From Nitrospiria bacterium (lineage in GTDB: Bacteria > Nitrospirota > Nitrospiria > SBBL01 > JAADHI01), in NCBI GenBank assembly GCA_046756865.1, contig JBHHXE010000003.1, positions 1 through 48,089 of the forward strand: 48,089 nucleotides of DNA, in the 5' to 3' direction. The position numbers were made by a program, and so were the translations under genes. Positions 38,385 through 46,625 of this stretch are shown in pieces. Every line of letters starts with the position of its first letter. The first letter of the stretch is position 1. The notes under the pieces are model-generated. The model had not been told where the DNA came from. It worked only from the letters and a program-made list of their open reading frames with translations, and did not search any database.

Positions 38385-39742
38385 TGCGCACCTTGAAAAA
38401 ACATCTCTACTCCGGTGTTTTCTTTATCCTGATTCTTCAATCTTTCTTATTTTTCTCTTTCCGCCAGGAAGCCATCGGGGCCGAAATGAAGCCGATCCGG
38501 GTGGTGATGCCGAATGGATTGACCCTGCTAATTGTAGAGCAGCACTCCCTTCCCATAGTGAGTGTGGAGGTGCTTGTCCGATCCGGGTCGATTTATGATC
38601 CTACCGGGAAGTCCGGCCTGGCCAATCTCACAGCAGGTCTACTTGATGAGGGAACAGCGGGGCGAAGCGCCGTAGAAATCACGGATGCGGTCGCGGGCAT
38701 CGGGGCACGTCTTTCTGTCCATGCAAGCTATGACTATGTCACGACGGGTTTGAGGGTCTTGAAAAAAGATGTTGAGGCCGGTTTTGAACTTCTTTCCGAC
38801 ATCCTGATTCACCCGGCCTTCGACGGCAAGGAGGTGGATCGGGTTCGCAGTATGATTCTTGGCGAAATCCTATCCGAAAAAGATCAGCCCTATGCGATAG
38901 CCCGGCAGGCTTTTCGTCAAATGACCTTTGGGAGTCATCCCTACCACCAATCGGTGAAGGGCTCTGAGGAAAGTCTATCGGAGATCACTCGGACCGATTT
39001 GGCAACATTCCATCAGCAATATTATCGTCCGAATAATGCCATAATTTCGGTGGTGGGGGATGTAACGCCGCAGGAGGCGGAAGCCCTGGTTCAGAAATTT
39101 TTCGGAAGGTGGGAAAAGGAGGCGATCGCCCCCCTTGAAGTTGAGCCGACCCCTGCGCTTCGATCAAAAAAAGTCAGCAAGATTGATAAAGACTTAAGCC
39201 AAGCCACAGTAATGTTGGGACATGTCGGCATCAAACGGTCTAATCCTGACTTTTACGCTGTCCGTGTGATGAACTACATCCTGGGCGGCGGCGGGTTTTC
39301 TTCTCGCTTGATGGCTGAGATCCGTGATAATCAGGGGCTGGTTTATTCGGTCTATTCCCGTTTTTCAGGTAACCAGGCCCCCGGCCCTTTTTCTGTGACT
39401 TTTCAAACAGAAAACAGAAATGCCCGCAAGGCCATTGAAGGTGTTCTCCTGGAAATCAACCGGATTCGGGATAAAGAGGTGAGCGAGAAGGAACTTGCGG
39501 AAGCAAAGGCCTATCTGGTTGGGAGTTTCCCGCTTCGGATTGATACAACACGAAAGGTGGCGTCGCTACTTCCACAAATCGAATTCCACAAGCTAGGTCT
39601 GGATTACTTTAAAGCGCATGCGGAACTGCTCAATCGCGTTACCGTGGCGGATGTCCGCCGTGTGGCAAAAAAGTATCTTCACCCAGACCATTATGCCCTC
39701 GTTCTTGTCGGAAGACAAAAAGATATCGGCCTGAAAGAATAA
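38384..39742 (+). CDS. M16 family peptidase, non-catalytic partner (second copy)
   Basis: No HxxEH (GLANLTAGLLDEGT); ILGGGGFSSRL..IR..QGLVY. Confidence 0.9.
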   Translation: MRTLKKHLYSGVFFILILQSFLFFSFRQEAIGAEMKPIRVVMPNGLTLLIVEQHSLPIVSVEVLVRSGSIYDPTGKSGLANLTAGLLDEGTAGRSAVEITDAVAGIGARLSVHASYDYVTTGLRVLKKDVEAGFELLSDILIHPAFDGKEVDRVRSMILGEILSEKDQPYAIARQAFRQMTFGSHPYHQSVKGSEESLSEITRTDLATFHQQYYRPNNAIISVVGDVTPQEAEALVQKFFGRWEKEAIAPLEVEPTPALRSKKVSKIDKDLSQATVMLGHVGIKRSNPDFYAVRVMNYILGGGGFSSRLMAEIRDNQGLVYSVYSRFSGNQAPGPFSVTFQTENRNARKAIEGVLLEINRIRDKEVSEKELAEAKAYLVGSFPLRIDTTRKVASLLPQIEFHKLGLDYFKAHAELLNRVTVADVRRVAKKYLHPDHYALVLVGRQKDIGLKE

Positions 39743-39747
39743 GCAAT

Positions 39748-40566
39748 ATGGAAGCAGATCAAACCTATACCCGCCTATACGGTATTATGAAGGAGATGGG
39801 CTCCGCCCTGGTGGCCTATTCCGGGGGGGTTGATTCAAGCCTTGTCATGAAGGTCGCCTTTGACGCTTTGGGTCCGGAAGCGATTGCAGGAACATCGATT
39901 TCCCCCACTCTCGCCGGTTCCGAGTTGGAAGATGCGAAGGCGGTTGCCGCCTCAGTCGGGATTCGGCATCTTTTTGTTCGCTCAGACGAACTGACTATTC
40001 CCGGCTATACTGAAAACAGCCAGGATCGTTGCTACCTTTGCAAGAATGACCTTTACACACTCCTGTCAGAGATGGCCCGCCGGGAGCAGGTCCGGTTTGT
40101 TTTAGACGGCACCAATACCGATGATCTTTCCGATACCCGTCCCGGTTTACGGGCCGCGCGGGAACGTGCTGTCCGGAGCCCCCTTGTTGAGGCCGGGTTG
40201 GATAAAAAATCGGTCCGGGCGCTTTCATACCGCCTGGGTCTTCCAACATGGGACAAACCCGCATCGCCCTGCCTTTCCTCCCGAATCCCTTATGGAACGG
40301 AAATTACCTATGAGAAGCTCGACCAGGTAGAGCGGGCGGAAGAGGTTCTTCGGAAACTGGGGTTTATCCAGTTTCGTGTCCGGTATCAAGGCGAGACGGC
40401 GAGGATTGAGATGGCGGTCGAGGAGTTTTCCACGCTCCTGAATGGCGGCCAACGCGACCGCGTTGTCCGTGGGGTTCAGGCCTGCGGTTTTCGGTGGGTT
40501 GTCCTGGATCTGGCCGGTTATCGGCAGGGGAGCCTGAACCCTCCGAAAAGGCACCCCGATTCGTGA
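39748..40566 (+). CDS. larE: LarE family ATP-dependent sulfur transferase
   Basis: PP-loop AYSGGVDS, RCYLCK, DGTN.DD...RPG, WDKP..PCLSSRIPYG. Confidence 0.9.
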   Translation: MEADQTYTRLYGIMKEMGSALVAYSGGVDSSLVMKVAFDALGPEAIAGTSISPTLAGSELEDAKAVAASVGIRHLFVRSDELTIPGYTENSQDRCYLCKNDLYTLLSEMARREQVRFVLDGTNTDDLSDTRPGLRAARERAVRSPLVEAGLDKKSVRALSYRLGLPTWDKPASPCLSSRIPYGTEITYEKLDQVERAEEVLRKLGFIQFRVRYQGETARIEMAVEEFSTLLNGGQRDRVVRGVQACGFRWVVLDLAGYRQGSLNPPKRHPDS

Positions 40567-40573
40567 TTTTTTC

Positions 40574-41173
40574 ATGAAGAGAAGACCTGTGCTCCGCATT
40601 TTCCTCCCGATCTTTTTTCTTCTAGCGCATGTTACTCCTCTCGCTGCCAGGATGTGGACGGCCGATTTTCATGTGACGGTCCTCTCCACCAAAGTACAGA
40701 AAATTGAATTCAGCGGTAAGTTTTATCAGAAGGATCTGCGTGTCCGCTTTGAACCCACCGGATCGGAAGAGATCAATCTTTTCGATTTTGAGCGTTCGGT
40801 CGGAATACGCATCTTCCCATCGGACCGAATCTATTTTGAAAAACCGCTTACACGTGCCAGAATCTTAAAGGCGATTAAGGAGGGGTGGATTCTTCCCGAA
40901 TCGCCTTACAGGGAAGAGCGGATTTTCTTAAGAGGAGGGGAGGTCAAGGGGCGCAAGGCCCACCTTTATCTCATCATCATTGTGACGGACGGAGAGAAGA
41001 ACTATTCCCTCCGCTGGGAGTTGGATGATGAAGAAGCGGTTCCCATCAAAGTGATCTATCCCAGTTCAGGGCGCGAAACCATTATCGTAGAATATAACCA
41101 TATTGAGATCAGGCCGATCGATGCCGGGATCTTTCAACCGCCGAAAGATTTCTTGAACCTCAATCCCTTTTAA
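40574..41173 (+). CDS. Secreted hypothetical protein, DUF4412/LolA-fold-like
   Basis: Signal peptide; WTADF, RVRFE, C-terminal IFQPPKDF, paralleling 24645-25295. Confidence 0.65.
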   Translation: MKRRPVLRIFLPIFFLLAHVTPLAARMWTADFHVTVLSTKVQKIEFSGKFYQKDLRVRFEPTGSEEINLFDFERSVGIRIFPSDRIYFEKPLTRARILKAIKEGWILPESPYREERIFLRGGEVKGRKAHLYLIIIVTDGEKNYSLRWELDDEEAVPIKVIYPSSGRETIIVEYNHIEIRPIDAGIFQPPKDFLNLNPF

Positions 41174-41211
41174 CCAACAATGACTTCCGATAAAATCACC
41201 ATCCCTCCGAC

Positions 41212-41243
41212 TTGAGACACTATTGTTAAAAATAATGTCTCAA
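41212..41243. promoter_or_regulatory. 13-6-13 inverted repeat (operator- or recombination-site-like)
   Basis: TTGAGACACTATT-GTTAAA-AATAATGTCTCAA, one mismatch between arms. Confidence 0.45.
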
Positions 41244-41376
41244 ATCAAATGGAAGAGAATGGGGGAAACAAGGCTGTGAAGCGCTTTGTTATGGTGAGAT
41301 ACTGAGAAGTATTCCTAATTCTGTCTTATGCGTGATTAACAGATTCACAGGCTTCCGTTTCTGTAATCAGGGACAC

Positions 41377-41405
41377 TTGACATGTGTTAGGATTACAGCG
41401 AGAAT
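41377..41405 (+). promoter_or_regulatory. Putative sigma70 promoter overlapped by a palindrome
   Basis: TTGACA-N17-GAGAAT; CTGTAATC (41361-41368) / GATTACAG (41391-41398) brackets the -35. Confidence 0.55.
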
Positions 41406-41433
41406 AAGGAGGAAAGGTGAGTATTGTTATTGA

Positions 41434-41592
41434 GGAACCCCTGATTAAGTCTGGGTTGAATTTTTCAGGAGATAAAATGTTTCGATTCAAGGCGCAAATC
41501 GCAGAGAATAGCCCGCTATTTTCAAGATTTGCAACGTGGAAACGGGACATGATTGCCCTGAAAAAACAATGCATGACTTATTCAGAGCTTCC
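41434..41592 (-). mobile_element. 159-bp MITE, inverted copy
   Basis: Reverse complement of 5731-5889 with two visible substitutions; flanks TTGA / TTAA. Confidence 0.9.
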
Positions 41593-41616
41593 TTAAACCA
41601 TTGTGGTGCTGATAAG

Positions 41617-42030
41617 ATGCTTACAAGGTTTTTCTTCGTTCTCGGTTTTGTGATTTATCTCACTGGAGTATGCCCTCCCGTCGAGGCAGGCATGTTTTCT
41701 CCAGGGCAGGCTCTGCTCGTTTCGGAAGACGAGAAATCGGGAGAGTGGCTTGACCTTAATGGGCAGAATAAAGCTTGGTGGATGAATCAGATCGCAATCT
41801 GGAAGGAAAAAAGAGAAAAGGCGCTCAGCGCTTTACACGAGGCGGAAGAGGCTTTTAAAAGAACCCGGTTTAAAAATTATTCCACAGCGCAAAAACGGAT
41901 AGAAAGAAAACAACTCCGGGAAGAGATTCAGGCGCATCGCGAGAAGCTTCAAACGGCTGAAATGATGCTCCATACAACACTGCCGGAAAATGGACGAAGG
42001 GCAGGCGTTCCCTCCGGCTGGTTTCGCTAG
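41617..42030 (+). CDS. Hypothetical secreted coiled-coil protein
   Basis: Start re-set outside the MITE (MLTRFFF); signal peptide VEA|; WW...W coiled coil, C-terminal RRAGVPSGWFR. Confidence 0.7.
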   Translation: MLTRFFFVLGFVIYLTGVCPPVEAGMFSPGQALLVSEDEKSGEWLDLNGQNKAWWMNQIAIWKEKREKALSALHEAEEAFKRTRFKNYSTAQKRIERKQLREEIQAHREKLQTAEMMLHTTLPENGRRAGVPSGWFR

Positions 42031-42057
42031 GCGTCTTGATGAAAGGGACGACATCAG

Positions 42058-42396
42058 ATGATGGGTCGTTTTGCTTTGATGTTCTTTGTTCTCCTCTTTA
42101 CAGTACAGCATTCGGTGATATGCTGGGGCGGGTCTTCGTCTCAGTTCTCCGGAGAGTCTTCAAATTTTATCGGAAGTCATCACGCGGATGCCAACGGAAA
42201 TCACATTGATTCAGCGTTCTTGGAAACCAACTGTACACAGCCTTGCCACCTTTCCTCAATGAAGACAACCCGTTTTGTATTCAGTACATCCCACCATCCG
42301 GAAGTAAGCAATGCCTTTCAAGAGTCCTCCCTACCAAAAGGGATCATTAGTCCCATTTTTCACCCCCCACGCTTCGTATCATTCCCCGCTATTTAA
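42058..42396 (+). CDS. Small exported ORF with CxxxC and C-terminal HPP motif (CutF/CruR/DUF2946-like leader peptide candidate)
   Basis: Hydrophobic N-terminus, His pairs, CTQPCH, SPIFHPPR near the C-terminus; directly upstream of cytochrome genes. Confidence 0.6.
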   Translation: MMGRFALMFFVLLFTVQHSVICWGGSSSQFSGESSNFIGSHHADANGNHIDSAFLETNCTQPCHLSSMKTTRFVFSTSHHPEVSNAFQESSLPKGIISPIFHPPRFVSFPAI

Positions 42397-42443
42397 GTAT
42401 AGAGGGTCCATTCGGGCCTTATGTTCTTTTCCGGTAAATTCAT

Positions 42444-42482
42444 CTTTTCCCAAATGATTGGTTTTCCCCTTGTTGGGAAAAG
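42444..42482 (+). promoter_or_regulatory. Stem-loop abutting the cytochrome SD
   Basis: CTTTTCCCAA (42444-42453) / TTGGGAAAAG (42473-42482); SD GGGAGG at 42487-42492. Confidence 0.5.
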
Positions 42483-42499
42483 GCTCGGGAGGAAATCTA

Positions 42500-43852
42500 A
42501 TGAATGCTCAGTTTATCCCTAAGGTGTCCTGTGCGATATTTATTTTTATCCATATTATTTTTGCATCGAATGATGCCTTTGCCCTGGAGAAGATAACTGA
42601 TGATGCTGATTCTGGAAAGATTCTGGTCGAGAAGATCGGTTGCCTGAATTGCCATACCATTGACGGAAAGGGGGGAGAAGTCGCCCCGGATCTCAGCCAT
42701 GCCCATGAACGCCTCCAGGAGGAATGGTTGGTCCGCTTCCTTAAAAAGCCTTACGTTATTCGCCCTCTCGGTTATATCCCGTACAGCGGTGTCCAGATGC
42801 CGAATCTACGTCTTACGGATGAAGAAGCGGAAAAGATAGCGCATTACCTTTCTACGCTTAAAAAAGTAGAAATTGAAAGACGTGCGGAGCTGACAAGCCG
42901 TCTCAATAATCCTGAGAACTTGAAAGGGGATATCGAAAAAGGAAGAAGGTTGTTTGCGAGGCTCCCCTGTTTAAACTGTCACACGATCACCGGAGGAAAA
43001 AGAAGGCTGATCGGGCCGGATCTCTCCGATATTGGAACTCGTCTCCAGCCTGAATTCCTCTACCTCTGGATCGAAAATCCACAGGCCTTTGAGCCGCTTA
43101 CCCTCATGCCGAATCTTGGGCTTAAAGAGAAGTCCCTCTTCCTGATAACGCGATATTTGATGTCTTTGCGAAGTGACCTTCCTCCAGTTCCAGGTGAAAC
43201 ACCGGCTGGGCGGCTCCCCTTCGGGCCGGTACGCGTCGCCAGAGCCGAGCGGCTCTTTCGAGATCTTTGTATTCGCTGTCATACTCTGGATGGTCGGGGA
43301 GGTCAGACAGGTCCTGATCTGAGCTATGAAGGGGATAAGGTCAGGCGGCGATGGCTCTTTCAATTTCTCAAAAATCCTTACCGTATTCGTCCCCTCGGTT
43401 TTGCTCAGAATCCCATTGCGCGGATGCCGAAGCTCAGGTTAGATGATGATGAGTTAATTACGATGACCGAGTTTATTTCCACGCTCAAGAAAAGAAGGAA
43501 CCTGAACCTCCCCATGGCAAGCGGCATGATGATGTCCAAAGAGATGAAATCTGAGAAGAGCCGGGAGAAAATGATTGAAATGGGTAAGATGGTGATCAAT
43601 ATAAAAGGCTGTACCGGTTGTCATCGTATCGGCAAGCTTTCTCTTCAGCGCGTGACGATTGGTCCGGACCTGACCCATGTCGGGGACCGTCTGAAAGAGG
43701 GATGGATTTATTCTTGGATTAAAGACCCCCAGAAGTACCGCCCGGAGACCCTCATGCCGAATATGGGGCTCAGTGAGATACAGGCACGCTCTATTGCGGC
43801 CTATTTGTCAGAACAGAAGCAGATGAAAGAAGGAGGACCTCGTGAACCGTAA
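42500..43852 (+). CDS. Periplasmic tetraheme cytochrome c (four tandem class I domains)
   Basis: ATG after GGGAGG; signal peptide AFA|; CLNCH, CLNCH, CIRCH, CTGCH, each followed by PDL...MP (His/Met ligation). Confidence 0.93.
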   Translation: MNAQFIPKVSCAIFIFIHIIFASNDAFALEKITDDADSGKILVEKIGCLNCHTIDGKGGEVAPDLSHAHERLQEEWLVRFLKKPYVIRPLGYIPYSGVQMPNLRLTDEEAEKIAHYLSTLKKVEIERRAELTSRLNNPENLKGDIEKGRRLFARLPCLNCHTITGGKRRLIGPDLSDIGTRLQPEFLYLWIENPQAFEPLTLMPNLGLKEKSLFLITRYLMSLRSDLPPVPGETPAGRLPFGPVRVARAERLFRDLCIRCHTLDGRGGQTGPDLSYEGDKVRRRWLFQFLKNPYRIRPLGFAQNPIARMPKLRLDDDELITMTEFISTLKKRRNLNLPMASGMMMSKEMKSEKSREKMIEMGKMVINIKGCTGCHRIGKLSLQRVTIGPDLTHVGDRLKEGWIYSWIKDPQKYRPETLMPNMGLSEIQARSIAAYLSEQKQMKEGGPREP

Positions 43853-45044
43853 ATTGATCCTGGTATTTCTGATGCTATTGTGTCTAGATCTATTGATCAT
43901 ATTAGTACGACCAAGCCATGCCATTCCTTCATTTGCACGAAAATATAATTACGTCTGCACTGTTTGCCATACGATGCCGCCCAAGCTGAATAAATTCGGC
44001 CTTGCCTTCATGGCCAACGGCTACCAATTGGATGTTCAGACCGAAGCGGAGGATAAGCTCCAGAAGACCGAGGCCTTATCTCTCCTGAAGGATGTTCCTT
44101 TATCCCTCCGCATTATCGCGGATGCGCACTACTCCCTTGCGGAGGGGCAGCCGCGAACCGATCTGCATTTCCCGGAAGGGGTAATCCTTTATTCAGCCGG
44201 GAGCCTTACCGACCAACTGTCTTTCTGGGTGAGCGGGGAGCCTTTTCTTGACGAGTCGCTTGAAGAAATATTTATAAAGTTTCTGGTTAATGATGAGTCT
44301 CCTTATCTGACGGTAAAACTGATCAAGGCGGGGCAGTTTGGCATGAGAGATTATTTTAACTTTGCGAGTGGCCGGAACTTTACGATTGATAACTACGCCA
44401 TTCATCAGGCACGGATAACAGATAAAAATGGAAATGGGAATCCCTTTTCGTTCGGAGCGCCTCAAAGAACGATTGAAGTTCGCGGGATGTTTCCAGGGAT
44501 GACCCTATGGACCATGGCCCTTTCTAACGGTCCCGGAAAAGAGCCAGGGACATTCGATAATAACAGTGAAAAAGATTATTATCTCCGTCTCCACAAGCTT
44601 TTCTTGGGCCGATATGCCATCGGAGGTCTGGGGTATTGGGGGAGCAATGAAATTTCTTCTGGAAGAATGAACCGCTTCCAGCGCTATATCATTGATGTGG
44701 ATCTTGACCATGAAAGGCTTGATCTGACTGCCTCCATCTTGTTCGGCCGTGATAGAGGATTGGAAGGCGTGTCCGGTATTTCGTCATCCTTTGTCGATCA
44801 TTTCGGTTATTTCATTGAGGTAAACTATCACCTTGCCCGTCTCTGGCATGGCCTGGTCCGCTATGACCTTCTTGATTCAGACGACCTCTCTCGGAATACT
44901 TTCCCTGAGCTTTTTGTCCGGACGGTGACCTTGCAACTTAATCACTTTCATCGCCTGAACTTACGGTTCATTTCCGAGGTCGTCATTGATCTTTCTGAAA
45001 AAGAAGGCCATATACTCCGGATTGGAATAGATTTTACCCTGTAG
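43842..45044 (+). CDS. cyc2: Cyc2-like monoheme cytochrome c-porin fusion
   Basis: GTG after AGGAGG; signal SHA|IPSFARKY...CTVCH..PPKLNKFGLAF..NGY; amphipathic beta-strands to C-terminal GIDFTL. Confidence 0.8.
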   Translation: MNRKLILVFLMLLCLDLLIILVRPSHAIPSFARKYNYVCTVCHTMPPKLNKFGLAFMANGYQLDVQTEAEDKLQKTEALSLLKDVPLSLRIIADAHYSLAEGQPRTDLHFPEGVILYSAGSLTDQLSFWVSGEPFLDESLEEIFIKFLVNDESPYLTVKLIKAGQFGMRDYFNFASGRNFTIDNYAIHQARITDKNGNGNPFSFGAPQRTIEVRGMFPGMTLWTMALSNGPGKEPGTFDNNSEKDYYLRLHKLFLGRYAIGGLGYWGSNEISSGRMNRFQRYIIDVDLDHERLDLTASILFGRDRGLEGVSGISSSFVDHFGYFIEVNYHLARLWHGLVRYDLLDSDDLSRNTFPELFVRTVTLQLNHFHRLNLRFISEVVIDLSEKEGHILRIGIDFTL

Positions 45045-45052
45045 AAAACTTT

Positions 45053-46456
45053 TTACTTCGGCGAAAGCGTGGGGGTGCTGTCCGGAAGGGGAGCGGCTTG
45101 ACTATCGTTGTTGAGACTAATTACGCGATTGCGGCCGGCTCTTTTTGCCTGGTAGAGCGCTCTGTCCGCCCTCTCCAAAAGTTCTCCTAAATCAGGAAGA
45201 GGTCCCTTGTTCCAGCGAAAGGTGCTTACTCCGAAGCTGCAGGTCAGGGGGATCTCTTTTGAAGAAAATTTCTTTTCTGTGGCGACCACTCGCAGCCGTT
45301 CGGCAAAGGCGACAGAGAAATCCTCATCTGTTTCAGACATCAGGATGAGAAACTCTTCACCTCCGAAACGGGCGAAGGTATCGTATGGGCGAATGATCGA
45401 TCCGAAAAGTTTTGACAGATCCTGTAGTACCTGATCGCCGGTTACATGTCCATATTTGTCATTGATGTCCTTGAAGTGGTCGATGTCGAGCAGGATGAGC
45501 GACAAGGGGTGCTGCAGTCGGGAAGCCCGCTCCATCTCGGTCCTCAAGACCTGGTCAAGGTAGCGGCGGTTGTACAGTCCTGTCAGAGAATCCCGGATGG
45601 AGAGATTTTTGATTTCCTGAAATGCCTGTTGCTTCTGAATGTTAATGACGGCCTGCGTCCCCAGTGCCCTGAGGGTCTCCACAATTGAGGGCTCGAAGGC
45701 CCGAGGTCTGAAATCGTCGCCGTAAAGAATCCCGACCGGGCCTTTTTCAGAAATAAGAGGAATCGCGATGAGGGATCGAACCCCTTCTTTTAAAATGACG
45801 GGGTTATTAAAGGCAGGAAAATCATTAATATCCGGGACAAGCAAGGGTTTTTTTTGTGACAGGATCTGCTCAGTCAATCCCCCGGGTCGGACAGGATAGA
45901 CCGCATTTTTATAAAATTCTGAGGAAAATCCCTTTGCGGATACCAGATAAAGCTCTTGTTTTTCTTTATTGAACATGGAGAGAGAGCCGGCCGGCATACC
46001 CGTCATCTGAAGCATACCCGAGACAATGGCCTCGAAAATCTGGTCATCGGTCACGGAACGTGTAAGCAGGAGGTTTATTTCTGAAAGGATTCGATGTTCC
46101 CGGAGCCGGCGATTTAGCTGTTCTTCTTTGTCCTCCAACTCCCGAATGGCATTCCAGAGAAGTTGAGTTGCCTGTCCTGAGATCACACTGAAAGGTCGGT
46201 CATTAACCTCTGAAAGCCTTTTCTCAAAGCTTGGATCACCAGTCAGATCGAAGACCAGATCGACGTCCAGCCCCTGCAGTACCTTCAGTGGTTCCTCTGT
46301 GAAGATGGGTAAGCCTTCCTTTTTGGCGAGGGGAATAGCAAGGGCTTCCGGGTTTTGATCGGCTACCCCGACGACTTGAACCCATGTGGACCGCAATAAA
46401 CGGTTTAGGACAACCAGTCCGCCTTTACCCGCACCTATGACCAGTACTTTAGACAT
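45053..46456 (-). CDS. Diguanylate cyclase with N-terminal Rossmann-like and GAF domains
   Basis: VLVIGAGKGG...VVGVAD; GAF; DSLTGLYNRR, RFGGEEF, RxxD (RPYD). Confidence 0.92.
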   Translation of the reverse strand: MSKVLVIGAGKGGLVVLNRLLRSTWVQVVGVADQNPEALAIPLAKKEGLPIFTEEPLKVLQGLDVDLVFDLTGDPSFEKRLSEVNDRPFSVISGQATQLLWNAIRELEDKEEQLNRRLREHRILSEINLLLTRSVTDDQIFEAIVSGMLQMTGMPAGSLSMFNKEKQELYLVSAKGFSSEFYKNAVYPVRPGGLTEQILSQKKPLLVPDINDFPAFNNPVILKEGVRSLIAIPLISEKGPVGILYGDDFRPRAFEPSIVETLRALGTQAVINIQKQQAFQEIKNLSIRDSLTGLYNRRYLDQVLRTEMERASRLQHPLSLILLDIDHFKDINDKYGHVTGDQVLQDLSKLFGSIIRPYDTFARFGGEEFLILMSETDEDFSVAFAERLRVVATEKKFSSKEIPLTCSFGVSTFRWNKGPLPDLGELLERADRALYQAKRAGRNRVISLNNDSQAAPLPDSTPTLSPK

Positions 46457-46462
46457 CCCATT

Positions 46463-46490
46463 AGTCTACCGCGAAGCCTGTCAATGTCAA
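46463..46490 (-). promoter_or_regulatory. Putative sigma70 promoter, leaderless
   Basis: TTGACA-N16-TAGACT, 6 nt before ATG 46456. Confidence 0.55.
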
Positions 46491-46625
46491 GGAATGGCGG
46501 GAAAGGATAAATCATAGGTGACAGGAGCACATTAAAAGAGATACTATTCGACTGTACTTTGAGATCCAATTTCGTTACGGATTTGGGCTTGGCGGTAATG
46601 GCGGTTAACAGGAGGCAGAGAAGGG

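Noticed and set aside
41406-41617. MITE interrupting a gene that starts at GTG 41417 after AAGGAGG
   Set aside because: Removing the element and one target copy gives an early TGA, out of frame with the 41617 ORF.
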